DNA from: Vulcanimicrobiota bacterium
GTDB taxonomy: Bacteria > Vulcanimicrobiota > Vulcanimicrobiia > Vulcanimicrobiales > Vulcanimicrobiaceae
Assembly (NCBI GenBank): GCA_027459845.1
Contig: DAIDGS010000003.1
Span: 9,639 to 73,638 of the forward strand
Direction: 5' to 3'
Length of the DNA: 64,000 nucleotides
The notes beneath the pieces are model-generated. The model worked only from the letters and a program-made list of their open reading frames with translations, was not told the DNA's origin and did not search any database. Positions 47,901-57,076 of the stretch are shown piece by piece. The translations under genes and the position numbers were made by a program. Each line of letters opens with the position of its first letter. Within the stretch, counting starts at the first letter, position 1.

Positions 47901-48125
47901 ATCGGTTCCCGTGCGGTTGATTTGGTCGTCAACGACGCCAAAGGCTCGCGCGAAATCTCCGATAACTACAAGATTCGGCGGGCCGCAGTCGAAGCGGGTA
48001 TCGCGTGTTTGACCAGTCTAGATACGGCGCGGGCGCTCGCGGAGGCACTCGGGAGCACGGCGGGGCCGCCGCGGAGCCTACAGAACTACCGGAGGTTGGC
48101 GGAGCGCGTGCGGGCGACGCCGTGA
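44925..48125 (+). CDS. carB: carbamoyl-phosphate synthase large subunit
   Basis: Duplicated ATP-grasp halves (ILVIGSGPIVIGQAAEFDY and VVVVGSGPIRIAQGIEFDY) and a C-terminal MGS-like domain. 1066 aa. Confidence 0.95.
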   Translation: MSPRNILVIGSGPIVIGQAAEFDYAGVQACRALREEGHRVVLVNSNPATIMTDTEVADAVYLEPLTVASIEAIVALERPDALLPTLGGQTGLNLAVELEAAGVLERYGIELLGTPVRTIKLAEDRELFKRKMIEIGEPVAESAVVTTVEDGLAFAARSGYPLVVRPAYTLGGTGGGVAYDARELRETLDAGLNASLVHQVLLETSLLGWKELEYEVLRDGHDNCIIVCNMENVDPVGVHTGDSIVVAPSQTLSDVEYQMLRTASLNVIRALDVRGGCNIQFALHPNRSEYAIIEVNPRVSRSSALASKATGYPIAKISTRIALGQTLDYIPNPVTGVTKAAYEPTLDYVVVKIPRWPFDKFPHADTRLGTQMKSTGEAMGIGRTFRSALLKAVRGLDLKRETLTGHFSQWSEAELLVIAERATHERLFAICELLRRAQSADEAEAEIARTASLSAIDRFWLHEFDALVAIEERLRRAASPEAIAAALEAGYSTKALRELAPHEPAVSIEAPVFRMVDTAAAEFPARSPYYYLSYGETDEMRRPVREAVVVVGSGPIRIAQGIEFDYSCVHAAWALREAGRASVVVNNNPETVSTDFDVSDVLVFEPPGADEVESAYRGTGAAGVLLAFGGQTAINLAGELQRRGLRIIGSDPSAVEMAEDREQFDSALARLGVSRPKGKAARSFREARAIARELGFPVLVRPSFVLGGRAMEIVENEAQLAVYAETAPPIVPDAPLLVDKYLRGLELEVDAIFDGDDILIPGVFEHVERAGIHSGDSIGAYPPPSIAPEMEQRVLAVTREVARELGIRGLINIQFVVDADGLHIIEANPRASRTVPIIQKATGINMVAAATRIALGEKLRDMEYGTGLHPRTPFYVVKVPVFSFSKMRGVETALGPEMKSTGEVLGIDVTFAGALRKGFIAAGIRLPGTGGRILVSIADAEKQAAIPVLRRYAELGHRLVATPGTRAVLNAHGIASEAINKIAQGSPHVLDLIGSRAVDLVVNDAKGSREISDNYKIRRAAVEAGIACLTSLDTARALAEALGSTAGPPRSLQNYRRLAERVRATP

Positions 48126-48880
48126 GCGCCGAAGAGCCCCGGGTCTTCGCGCTTGGCGGCAACGGCAGCACCCTGGCGGTGGTCAACAGCTTTCGGCCCA
48201 GCGACGGCGCACCGGCCAAGAACGCGGTCGTCACCGCGCGGCTGATTCCGCTGGCCTGGACGCCGCTCGGCGTCGTCGTCGGCGATGGCTGGCAAAACGC
48301 CGGAATCGCGCTCGGCGGGCTCTTCGACTGGATCGACCGCACGTTTCCGCCTGAAGACGAACATGCGTTCGTGGCGCCGGCGCGCGATATCGAGTTATTG
48401 GCGCGCATCGGCTGGGAGTCGCCGCTCCCGGAGCGTATCGAGCCGAGCACGGTGCTGAATCTGGACGATCTCCCCGACGACGTCGCGGAGGGCTTGGCCG
48501 GTCCGACGGCAGCGCTGGTGCAGTGCGCCGCCTGCCGCCGGCTCGCGCCGCGCGACGAGTTCGTGTGGAAAGAGAAGCAGCTCTGCGCCTGGGACTACCA
48601 CGCGCAGGTCTTCGGCAAGCGCGGACCTTGGCGCAACGGACCCTACGAAGCCCACCACTTCGAGACCTTGGCGAGTTGCGCGTACGTCGCCCCGCCGCTG
48701 CTGGCCGAGGATCGCGTCGAACTGGTCTGCAGCTTGACGGGCGTCGACGAGACGACCGCCCGCGCGGTGATCGCGACGTTGCTGGCAGGCGATGCCGAAC
48801 GCGCCTATATGGCGGTCCGACTGGTGCCGGAGCAAGGGTTCGCGGTCTTACGCGAGTTGGGGACCCCCGCCAGCGCATGA
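48122..48880 (+). CDS. hypothetical cytoplasmic protein with CxxC...C-x4-H cluster
   Basis: GTG at 48122 (GTGA overlap with carB). 252 aa with no TM helix. Contains CAACRRLAPRDEFVWKEKQLCAWDYH. Its stop overlaps the ATG of the PBP gene. No recognisable family. Confidence 0.6.
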   Translation: MSAEEPRVFALGGNGSTLAVVNSFRPSDGAPAKNAVVTARLIPLAWTPLGVVVGDGWQNAGIALGGLFDWIDRTFPPEDEHAFVAPARDIELLARIGWESPLPERIEPSTVLNLDDLPDDVAEGLAGPTAALVQCAACRRLAPRDEFVWKEKQLCAWDYHAQVFGKRGPWRNGPYEAHHFETLASCAYVAPPLLAEDRVELVCSLTGVDETTARAVIATLLAGDAERAYMAVRLVPEQGFAVLRELGTPASA

Positions 48881-50286
48881 CCAATCGCGCGCTAGCCCGG
48901 ATTTCAGCCGGCTTCGTCGCGCTGTTCGTGCTGCTGGTCGCGCGCCAGGCGTACGTGCAGATCTATGCGGCACCCGCCATCGCCGCCAAGCCCAATAATC
49001 CGCGGCACGCGCTGCTGGATGCCAATCGTGGGCGCATTCTGGCGTCGGACGGCACCGTGCTCGCGTATAGCCGCGGCGATCGACGGGTCTATCCTTTGGG
49101 GGCCGAGCTGGCCCAGACCGTCGGCTACGTTTCGGTGCGCTACGGTGCCAGCGGCCTCGAGGCCGCCTACGACCGGGCGCTGACGCCCGGCGAAACGTCG
49201 GGCGATCCGGCGACGCAGGTCGCCGCAATCCGCGCGGCCTTTTTGGGAAAGTCGCGCGCGAGCCGCGGTGCCGACGTGATCACCACCATCGTTCCGGCGT
49301 TGGAGAAGGTGCTCTACGCCGACCTCGCGCGGTACCGCCGCGGCGCCGGCGTCGTCCTCGATCCGCATACCGGTGCCGTCCTGGCGATCGCCAGCGTGCC
49401 GAGTTACGACCCGAACCACCTGGCGCGGCTGTTTGCCGGCCTGCGCGCCGACGACCAGAGCCCGCTACTCAATCGCGCTCTCAACGGTCTCTATCCGCCC
49501 GGTTCGACCTTCAAGATATTTACCGCGTCGGCGGCGCTGGATTCGGGGACGATCACCCTGCACTCGCACTTCGAAGATCCCGGATACCTGATGATCGGCA
49601 ACTTTCGCTTGCACGACAACGACAGCGAGGCGACCGGCTATGCCGACGTGACGACTGCGTTTGCGCTCTCGAGCAACGTCGACTTCGCACAAATCGCGCT
49701 GCGCATGGGGACGCCGACGTTTTACGCGTACCTGCATCGCTGGCAGATCGGCGACTCGTTGGATTTTCAGTTGCCGGCCTCGCCGGCCGGCATTCCACCG
49801 GAGGCCAGCATCGTGCCCGGCGAGTTGGCCCAAATGGGCTTTGGGCAAGGAGCGCTGCTGATGACGCCGCTGCAAATGGCGCTGATCGGTTCGACCGTCG
49901 CCAACGGCGGGGTCGAGCCGCGCCCGTATATCGTCCGGCAGATCGTTCGGCGCGGACGCATCGCGAGCGTTTACAGCACCGGCGCGCTCTCGAACCCGGT
50001 GTCGAGCGACGTGGCGTCGAAGGTTACCTCGATGATGGAGGCAGTCGTTCGCAGAGGAACCGGTACGACGGCCGCGTTGCCCAACGTCGCGGTCGCGGGC
50101 AAAACCGGTACGGCGACCAATCCGTTTGGCCCATCGGACTCATGGTTCGTCGCCTTTGCACCGGCGCGCGCGCCGCGCGTTGCGGTCGCGGTGGTGGTCG
50201 AGAACGTCGGCTACGGCTCGCTCTATGCCGCGCCGATCGCGCGCGACGTCATTCGGACTGCACTGCAGGAGAAGTTGCGTGGCTGA
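48877..50286 (+). CDS. penicillin-binding protein 2 / FtsI-family D,D-transpeptidase
   Basis: ATG at 48877. N-terminal TM anchor, STFK active-site motif (PPGSTFKIFT), SSN (ALSSNVDF) and KTGT (AGKTGTA). Confidence 0.9.
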   Translation: MTNRALARISAGFVALFVLLVARQAYVQIYAAPAIAAKPNNPRHALLDANRGRILASDGTVLAYSRGDRRVYPLGAELAQTVGYVSVRYGASGLEAAYDRALTPGETSGDPATQVAAIRAAFLGKSRASRGADVITTIVPALEKVLYADLARYRRGAGVVLDPHTGAVLAIASVPSYDPNHLARLFAGLRADDQSPLLNRALNGLYPPGSTFKIFTASAALDSGTITLHSHFEDPGYLMIGNFRLHDNDSEATGYADVTTAFALSSNVDFAQIALRMGTPTFYAYLHRWQIGDSLDFQLPASPAGIPPEASIVPGELAQMGFGQGALLMTPLQMALIGSTVANGGVEPRPYIVRQIVRRGRIASVYSTGALSNPVSSDVASKVTSMMEAVVRRGTGTTAALPNVAVAGKTGTATNPFGPSDSWFVAFAPARAPRVAVAVVVENVGYGSLYAAPIARDVIRTALQEKLRG

Positions 50287-52387
50287 GGCGCCCGAACGCA
50301 TCTTCAACAATCGCTACCGCCTCGACGCCAAGCTGGGCGAAGGCGGGATGGCAACCGTGTTCGGGGCAACCGACGTCTTGCTTCGACGGCGGGTCGCGGT
50401 CAAGGTGCTGCGCGAGCAGTACGCTGCCGACCGGGAGTTCGTCCGTCGTTTCTACCAGGAAGCCGAATCGGCAGCCAAACTCTCGCATCCGAACATCGTC
50501 AACACCTACGACGTCGGGCACGAAGGCGACGCGTACTACATCGTGATGGAACTCGTCGACGGTCCGTCGCTGGCCGAGATCATCGCCGGCGACGGAAAGC
50601 TCCCCGAGGCCGTCGCCATCGATTACGCGGCGCAGATCGCCAGTGGCTTGGCCTACGCGCATCGCAGCGGCTTGATGCATCGCGACATCAAGCCCGCCAA
50701 CATTTTGATTACGAAAGACGACATCGTCAAACTCTCGGATTTCGGCATCGCGCGCGCCGTCTCGGAGCACACGATGGCGCTGACCAAACCGGGACTCGTA
50801 ATGGGCAGCGTCTACTACATCTCGCCGGAGCAGGCGCAAGGCCACGAAGTCCACGAGGCGTCCGACCTCTACAGCCTCGGGATCGTGCTCTACCAAATGC
50901 TGACCGGACGCTTGCCGTACACCGGAGAATCGCCGGTGACGGTGGCCCTCAAGCACCTCAACGATCCGGTTCCGCGGCTCGATAGCCGCGAGTTCGGCGT
51001 CAGTCCCGCGCTGGCGTCGATCGTCAACAAGCTGCTCCAGAAGCAGCCCGCACACCGCTTCAACTCGGCGAGCGAGTTGGCCAGCGCCCTGCGCGAGGCG
51101 CGGGAACGCCCGAGCGTGGCCGGCTTCCGTTTTGCCGACGACGCGCCTGCGCGCGGCGACGCACCCGAGCCGGGACCACCCTCGCGCCGCTTACCGCCGC
51201 GCCGCTCGCCGATGCCGGATCGCCATGGCGCCGACGACTTCGACGACGAGCCACGCCGGTCGCCCAGTCTAGGGGCAGTCGCGCTCCTGATCGTCTTTCT
51301 AGGACTTGCGACCGTCGCCGGCTTCCTGCTCTTCGGCCGCCCGCTCCCCTCGCTCAGCGCCGGCGTCACGGTCGGCAACTACCTGAAGATGACCGACGCA
51401 CAAGCCTATGCCGCGATCGTCAACGACGGCTTGCGCGAGCGCGTCACGCGCAGTTCGAGCGACACCGTCCCCGCCAATCATGTCATCAACCAGAATCCTC
51501 CGCCTGGAACGACCGTCGAAAAGAACTCGCTGGTCGAAATCGTCGTGAGCAACGGCCAGCCGACGATCGGTCTGCCATCGGTCGTCGGCTACACCTACGT
51601 CGACGCGGAGCGCACGCTGCAAAGCCTTCCCAACGGCAACGTGGTGGTGACGATTGCGCGCCGCTACGACGACGCGCCCAAGGATAGCGTGATCGCGCAG
51701 CAACCCGTCGCCGGCACGCAGATTCGGCGCGGCAGCCGGGTGCGTTTGACCGTCTCCAATGGCCCGGCGCCGGTGACCGTTCCCAACTTCGTCGGTTTGA
51801 CGACCACCGCCGCGCAGGCCGAAGCGAGCCGGCTCGGGATCGATGTCGACACCTCGTCGCGTGTGGCCGGCCTTCCCGCCGACACGGTCGCATCGCAAGA
51901 CGTCGCCGCCGGGACGAAGGTCGACAAAAACGTGCTGATCCACCTGGTGATCAACAGCGGAACCGTCGCGGCCGTCGCACCTGTCGCCGGCGGCGCGAGC
52001 GTGACCATCCCGGACGTCACCGGCGAGTCGTACGCGCGCGCCATGCAGGCGCTGATCGCCGCCGGCTTCACCGTCACGCTACGGTACGCCGTGCAGAGTA
52101 CCAACAATGGAACCATCGTGGCACAGCAACCTGCGACCGGCTCGGCCGCCCCGGGCGCGCCGGTCGCGATCACACTCTCGGTGTCGGGCGAAGTGCCGGA
52201 TACCGGCGGCATGAGCGTCGCCGGTGCCGAGCGCGAACTCGCCGCCTACGGCTACGCGGTGGCCAAAACCGAGTACACGACCAAGGTCGGCGCCGACGGG
52301 AAGGTGGTCGGGACCGATCCGCTGGTCGGAACCAATCTGAGTCCGGGATCGACGGTCAACCTGATCGTCAACGGCACGGGACCGTAG
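50279..52387 (+). CDS. Ser/Thr protein kinase with extracellular PASTA repeats (PknB/PrkC-like)
   Basis: GTG at 50279 after GGAGAAG. Hanks kinase motifs (GEGGMATVF, VAVKVL, HRDIKPANIL, DFGIA, SPEQ), one TM helix, then about five PASTA-like repeats. Confidence 0.9.
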   Translation: MAEAPERIFNNRYRLDAKLGEGGMATVFGATDVLLRRRVAVKVLREQYAADREFVRRFYQEAESAAKLSHPNIVNTYDVGHEGDAYYIVMELVDGPSLAEIIAGDGKLPEAVAIDYAAQIASGLAYAHRSGLMHRDIKPANILITKDDIVKLSDFGIARAVSEHTMALTKPGLVMGSVYYISPEQAQGHEVHEASDLYSLGIVLYQMLTGRLPYTGESPVTVALKHLNDPVPRLDSREFGVSPALASIVNKLLQKQPAHRFNSASELASALREARERPSVAGFRFADDAPARGDAPEPGPPSRRLPPRRSPMPDRHGADDFDDEPRRSPSLGAVALLIVFLGLATVAGFLLFGRPLPSLSAGVTVGNYLKMTDAQAYAAIVNDGLRERVTRSSSDTVPANHVINQNPPPGTTVEKNSLVEIVVSNGQPTIGLPSVVGYTYVDAERTLQSLPNGNVVVTIARRYDDAPKDSVIAQQPVAGTQIRRGSRVRLTVSNGPAPVTVPNFVGLTTTAAQAEASRLGIDVDTSSRVAGLPADTVASQDVAAGTKVDKNVLIHLVINSGTVAAVAPVAGGASVTIPDVTGESYARAMQALIAAGFTVTLRYAVQSTNNGTIVAQQPATGSAAPGAPVAITLSVSGEVPDTGGMSVAGAERELAAYGYAVAKTEYTTKVGADGKVVGTDPLVGTNLSPGSTVNLIVNGTGP

Positions 52388-52911
52388 TGCCGCGCACCGC
52401 TTCGGCGTCGGTGCGCGTGCTCGGGATCGATCCCGCGCTACGCGTCACGGGTTACGGCGTCGTCGAGCGCGGACGCGACGGTTTGACGCTGATCGAAGCC
52501 GGGGTCGTCGCGCCGAACCCGCGCAGCAGTCTGGAGGTTCGGCTACGCGTGTTGCACGAGGGCATCGCCGAGGTCATCGCCCAGACGCAACCGCACTGGG
52601 TGGTGCTTGAAGAAGTCTACGCGAACCCGCGCAACCCGCTGACGTCGATCATGATGGGTCATGCGCGGGGCGTATTGTGCCTGGCCGGCGCGCAGGCCGG
52701 GGTGAGCGTGCGGACGCTCGCACACGCGCACGTCAAGCGCGCCTTGACCGGTTCGGGCGCCGCGCGCAAGGAACAGGTCGCCGCGATGGTCACGCATCTG
52801 CTGAACCTTCGGGCGGCACCCAGCCCCCACGACGTTTCCGATGCGCTCGCCTTAGCGCTGGCGTTTCTCAACCTTTGGACCGGCCGGGCGAGCATCCCGG
52901 ACGCCGGCTGA
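52387..52911 (+). CDS. ruvC: crossover junction endodeoxyribonuclease RuvC
   Basis: VLGIDPALRVTGYGVVE ... SPHDVSDALALAL. Confidence 0.9.
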   Translation: MPRTASASVRVLGIDPALRVTGYGVVERGRDGLTLIEAGVVAPNPRSSLEVRLRVLHEGIAEVIAQTQPHWVVLEEVYANPRNPLTSIMMGHARGVLCLAGAQAGVSVRTLAHAHVKRALTGSGAARKEQVAAMVTHLLNLRAAPSPHDVSDALALALAFLNLWTGRASIPDAG

Positions 52912-52915
52912 GCCG

Positions 52916-53539
52916 ATGTTTTCATCGATCGCGGGGCGGTTGCGCGAGCGGCGTCGCGAGAGCGTGCTCATCGAAGCGGGTGGCCTGGGCTACGAGATCT
53001 TCGTGCCTCCCTGCATCGCGCCCAAGTTGCCGTCGATCGGCGAGCCGATCGCTCTCGAAGTCTACGCGGTGTTGAACCTCGACGGCAAGAGTGGCCGCTT
53101 TGCCTACTATGGCTTTACCAATGCGGTCGAGCGCGAGTTTTTCGAAGCGTTGCTGAGCGTCGCCTCGATCGGACCGCGCTCCGCAGCGCGGGCGTTCTCG
53201 GCGCCGATGTCGGCGATTGCCGGCGCGATCGCACGCGGCGATCACGGGTATCTGCGCTCGCTTCCGGGGATCGGGCCGCAGAAGGCCCGCGACATCGTGG
53301 CGAAGCTCCAACCGAAGGTGGCGCGATTTCTGCTCATTCAGGATGCGCCTCCGGCGCCCGCCGACGCCATCCCTGGGTTTGCGGAAGAAGCGCTCGCCGT
53401 ACTCTTACAACTTGCCTACAAGCACAGCGAGGCCGAGACGATGATTCGCGAAACACTGCGTGACGAACCGGAGATCGTCGATTCCGAGGCGCTGTTGGCG
53501 CAAATCTACCGGCGCCGGGCTGCCAAGGTCGCGCGATGA
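52916..53539 (+). CDS. ruvA: Holliday junction branch migration protein RuvA
   Basis: MFSSIAGRL...IEAGGLGYEIFVP...LPGIGPQKARDIV (HhH). Confidence 0.9.
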   Translation: MFSSIAGRLRERRRESVLIEAGGLGYEIFVPPCIAPKLPSIGEPIALEVYAVLNLDGKSGRFAYYGFTNAVEREFFEALLSVASIGPRSAARAFSAPMSAIAGAIARGDHGYLRSLPGIGPQKARDIVAKLQPKVARFLLIQDAPPAPADAIPGFAEEALAVLLQLAYKHSEAETMIRETLRDEPEIVDSEALLAQIYRRRAAKVAR

Positions 53540-54603
53540 GCGAGGAGACCGCGCGGCGGCGGTTGCTTGGCCCGGCCGACGTCGAGTTGCCGCGCGCGGT
53601 CGATCCGGCCGACACGCTCGAGGACGAAGTCTACGGCGCGAGCTTGCGGCCCCGAACCTTTGACGACTACGTCGGTCAGCGTCACGTGGTGGAGAATCTG
53701 TTGATCGCCATCGACGCCGCCGAACACCGCGGCGAGGCGCTCGATCACGTGTTGCTCTACGGCCCGCCCGGGCTCGGCAAGACGACCTTGGCCGCGCTGA
53801 TCGCTCGGCGCATGGGCGCAAACTTTCGGCCGACCAGCGGGCCGACGCTCGAGAAGCCGAAGGATCTCGTCGGCATCCTCACGTCGCTCGAGGAAGGCGA
53901 CGTCTTTTTCGTCGACGAGATTCACCGGTTGGGCAAGGTCGTCGAGGAGTTTCTCTATCCCGCCATGGAGGATTTCCAGATCGATTTCGTCGTCGATCGC
54001 GGCGCGTTTGCCAAGACGCTGAAACTGCCGCTCAAACGCTTCACGCTGGTGGGTGCAACTACCCGGGCGGGGCTGCTGACGGCGCCCCTACGCGAGCGCT
54101 TCGGCATCGTCCATCATCTGGACTACTACGGCGCAGCCGACCTGGAAGCGATCCTGCGCCGCTCGGCTGAGGTCCTGGACGTGCCGATCGACGCCGCAGG
54201 GGCCGCGACGATTGCCGCGCGCAGCCGCGGGACGCCGCGCATCGCCAACCGGCTTCTGCGGCGGGTTCGCGACTTCGCGCAGGTCCGCGCGCACGGTGCG
54301 ATCACCGCTGCCGTCGCCGATCAGGCCCTCGCGCGCGAGGGGGTCGACGCGACCGGTCTCGACCGGCTCGATCGCGCCTACTTGGGCGTCCTGCTCGGGC
54401 AATACGGCGGTGGTCCGGCCGGAATCGCAGCGATCGCCGCGACGCTGACCGAAGACGCCGACACGCTGGAAGACGTCGTCGAGCCGTACTTGCTCAAGGC
54501 CGGCTTTCTGGTGCGGACCGCCGCCGGGCGCAAGGCCACGCCGCGCGCCTTCGACCTCTTCGGTACGCCGGTCCCGCCGGGCTTTCAGGAGCGTCTGCTG
54601 TAG
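53536..54603 (+). CDS. ruvB: Holliday junction branch migration DNA helicase RuvB
   Basis: LRPRTFDDYVGQRHV, LLYGPPGLGKTTLA, FVDEIHRL and GTPRIANRLLRRVRDFA. Confidence 0.95.
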   Translation: MSEETARRRLLGPADVELPRAVDPADTLEDEVYGASLRPRTFDDYVGQRHVVENLLIAIDAAEHRGEALDHVLLYGPPGLGKTTLAALIARRMGANFRPTSGPTLEKPKDLVGILTSLEEGDVFFVDEIHRLGKVVEEFLYPAMEDFQIDFVVDRGAFAKTLKLPLKRFTLVGATTRAGLLTAPLRERFGIVHHLDYYGAADLEAILRRSAEVLDVPIDAAGAATIAARSRGTPRIANRLLRRVRDFAQVRAHGAITAAVADQALAREGVDATGLDRLDRAYLGVLLGQYGGGPAGIAAIAATLTEDADTLEDVVEPYLLKAGFLVRTAAGRKATPRAFDLFGTPVPPGFQERLL

Positions 54604-55586
54604 TGCGTCGGCGCAGCTTTCTGGTCGCGGCGGCGGCGCTGCTGCCCTTGCGGGTGCGCGCACAAAGCGCTTCCGTCTTCGATCCGGCGCTCACCTCGCG
54701 CCGCCCGGCGCTGCGAGTGCTCCTCGGCAGCGGGAGCGTCGCCGCTGCCCCGGTCGGATTCCTGTTCAACGGACGACCGTACCGCGGCCGCGCCGAGCAG
54801 CTTCCCGACGGCCGCATCGTCGATCGCGTCGATCTCGAGTCGTATCTCTACAGCGTGGTCCCGCGCGAGATGGGTACCGGTTGGCCGGCGGCGGCACTCG
54901 CGGCGCAGGCGATCTGCGCGCGAACCTACGTCTTGCGGCGGAGCAATCCACGCCGCGGTTACGATCTCGTGCCGTCGGAAGCCGACCAGGTGTATGCCGG
55001 CATGCTGGGTGAGACGCCGGATGGTCGAGCGGCGGTCGACGCCACTGCCGGAATGGTCCTCACCTACGGCGACGGTTTTGCCAGCGTAGCGTATTCGTCG
55101 TGCTGCGGTGGACATACCGAGTCGTCGTCGGCGGCCTGGGGCGCGGCGCCGATCGCCTATCTCGAGGGTGTCGTGTGCCCGTGGTGCACGGCGTCGCCGG
55201 AGTACGCGTGGACGCGCGAACTGCCGCTCGAACGGGTGGCAAGCGCGTATGCCGCGCGACTCGATCCGATCGGCGCGCTGCAGAACGTCGCCATCACCAC
55301 CCTCGATCGCAGCGGGCGCGCACGCGCGTTTCGCCTGGACGCATCGAGTGGGTCGACGATCGTGCCGGGCAATGCGTTTCGCTTGCGGGTCGGTCCGCGT
55401 GCGATCCCGAGTCTGCTCATCACCTCGCTGACGCAGGCCGCTGGAACCATCGGCATCGAAGGTAGGGGCCTAGGACATGGAGTCGGATTGTGTCAGTGGG
55501 GCGCTCGGGGCATGGCCATGGCCGGAAAGGCGTTCGGCGAGATTTTGACGTGGTACTTTCCCGGAACGGCGCTCGGCCATGACTGA
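54603..55586 (+). CDS. SpoIID/LytB domain-containing protein
   Basis: Signal-like N-terminus. LESYLYSVVPREM, AQAICARTY, YSSCCGGHTESS and GHGVGLCQWGA are SpoIID signature motifs. Confidence 0.85.
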   Translation: MRRRSFLVAAAALLPLRVRAQSASVFDPALTSRRPALRVLLGSGSVAAAPVGFLFNGRPYRGRAEQLPDGRIVDRVDLESYLYSVVPREMGTGWPAAALAAQAICARTYVLRRSNPRRGYDLVPSEADQVYAGMLGETPDGRAAVDATAGMVLTYGDGFASVAYSSCCGGHTESSSAAWGAAPIAYLEGVVCPWCTASPEYAWTRELPLERVASAYAARLDPIGALQNVAITTLDRSGRARAFRLDASSGSTIVPGNAFRLRVGPRAIPSLLITSLTQAAGTIGIEGRGLGHGVGLCQWGARGMAMAGKAFGEILTWYFPGTALGHD

Positions 55587-55956
55587 CGCGCGCAACGGTC
55601 AGATCGACGCGCAGGTGAGCGATGCCGACAAGCGCTATGGGTTGCGGCTACGCAAATACATCGACGTCGTGGTCGAAGATCCGTTTTCATCGATGCTCTT
55701 TCGCGGCGCCGTTGCCGACATTTCGCCGACCGGCATGCGCATCATTGCCGATCAGTACCTGCCGGTCGGAAGCAAGTACACCTTCACGATGAAGCGCAAT
55801 CCGTTTCTGGTGCTCAAGGGCCAGGTGCGCTGGATTCGTTCGTTTACGAACGACACGTATCAGGTCGGCGTCTTGATCGTCGACGCAAACGACGAGGACC
55901 GCAAACGGCTGACCAACTTCCTCGAGCTGGAACGGCAGCGCCTGGGCAACGCGTGA
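55579..55956 (+). CDS. PilZ domain-containing protein (c-di-GMP receptor type)
   Basis: RYGLR (RxxxR) followed by DISPTGMRI (DxSxxG). 125 aa. Overlaps the SpoIID stop by 8 nt. Confidence 0.75.
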   Translation: MTDARNGQIDAQVSDADKRYGLRLRKYIDVVVEDPFSSMLFRGAVADISPTGMRIIADQYLPVGSKYTFTMKRNPFLVLKGQVRWIRSFTNDTYQVGVLIVDANDEDRKRLTNFLELERQRLGNA

Positions 55957-55981
55957 CGTCGCGCGGCGGCGTCGTCGGCCG

Positions 55982-57076
55982 GTGGGGCTGAACGATCCAG
56001 CGGGCGATCCGCTCGCCGGATCGAGCTACGACTACGAGCTTCCGCCCGAGCTCATCGCTCAGCAACCGGCACGGTGGCGCGATCGTAGTCGGTTGATGGT
56101 CGTGCGCTCCGATACGCTCGAGCACGTAACCTTCTCGGAACTCCCAAAGCTGTTGCGCCCCGACGACCTGCTGGTGCTCAACGAAACGCGGGTGGTCGCC
56201 GCGCGCCTTCGCGGCACGCGGCCGAGCGGCGGGGTGGCCGAGTTTCTGCTGCTGCACCCGAGCGACTCGCTGCGCTACGATCCGACCGCCCTGCGTTGGA
56301 TTGCACTCGCCCGGCCGGCGCGCCGGCTCGGGGTGGGAACGCGCGTGAGCTTTGGAACGCGCGGCGAACTCGGCGCGGCGATCGTACGCGCGGCGCTTCC
56401 CGACGGCCATCGCGAGATCGAACTCGAGCTCGCGGTTCCGCTGGAGCGCTTTCTCGAACGCGCCGGAACGCTGCCGCTACCGCCGTACATCCAGCATCCC
56501 TCGCCCCGGGTGAGCCGTCGCTATCAGACGGTTTTTGCGCGCGTCCCCGGCAGCGTTGCGGCACCCACCGCATCGCTGCACTTCACACGGCGGCTGCTCG
56601 GGGACTTGGAGCGCCGCGGCGTCGAGCTCACGCGCATTACGCTCAACGTCGGGATCGGAACCTTTCGCCCGCTCGCGGTCGAGCGGCTCGAGGCACATGC
56701 GATGCACGCCGAAGCCTATGAGATTCCGCCGGAGGCTGCGGCAGCGATCGCGCGCGCGAAGACCGCTGGCCGGCGCGTGGTCGCGGTGGGGACGACCGTC
56801 GTTCGTGCCTTGGAGGGCAACATCCGGCGGCACGGCCGGATCGTTCCCATCAGTGAGGAGACCGATCTGTTCATCACCCCCGGCTACCCGTTTCGCGTCG
56901 TCGATGCGCTCATCACCAACTTCCACTTGCCGCGCTCGAGCTTGCTGGTGCTGGTCAGCGCCTTTGCCGGCCGTTCGACCATCGCGGCGGCGTATTGTGA
57001 GGCGGTGGTGCGAGGCTATCGCTTTTACTCCTTCGGCGATGCGATGCTCTTGGAACGGAAGGCGCAGCGGTGCTGA
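55982..57076 (+). CDS. queA: tRNA preQ1(34) S-adenosylmethionine ribosyltransferase-isomerase
   Basis: YDYELPPELIAQQP...SRLMVV, GTLPLPPYI, AAPTASLHFT, GTTVVRALE and FYSFGDAMLL. Confidence 0.9.
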   Translation: MGLNDPAGDPLAGSSYDYELPPELIAQQPARWRDRSRLMVVRSDTLEHVTFSELPKLLRPDDLLVLNETRVVAARLRGTRPSGGVAEFLLLHPSDSLRYDPTALRWIALARPARRLGVGTRVSFGTRGELGAAIVRAALPDGHREIELELAVPLERFLERAGTLPLPPYIQHPSPRVSRRYQTVFARVPGSVAAPTASLHFTRRLLGDLERRGVELTRITLNVGIGTFRPLAVERLEAHAMHAEAYEIPPEAAAAIARAKTAGRRVVAVGTTVVRALEGNIRRHGRIVPISEETDLFITPGYPFRVVDALITNFHLPRSSLLVLVSAFAGRSTIAAAYCEAVVRGYRFYSFGDAMLLERKAQRC

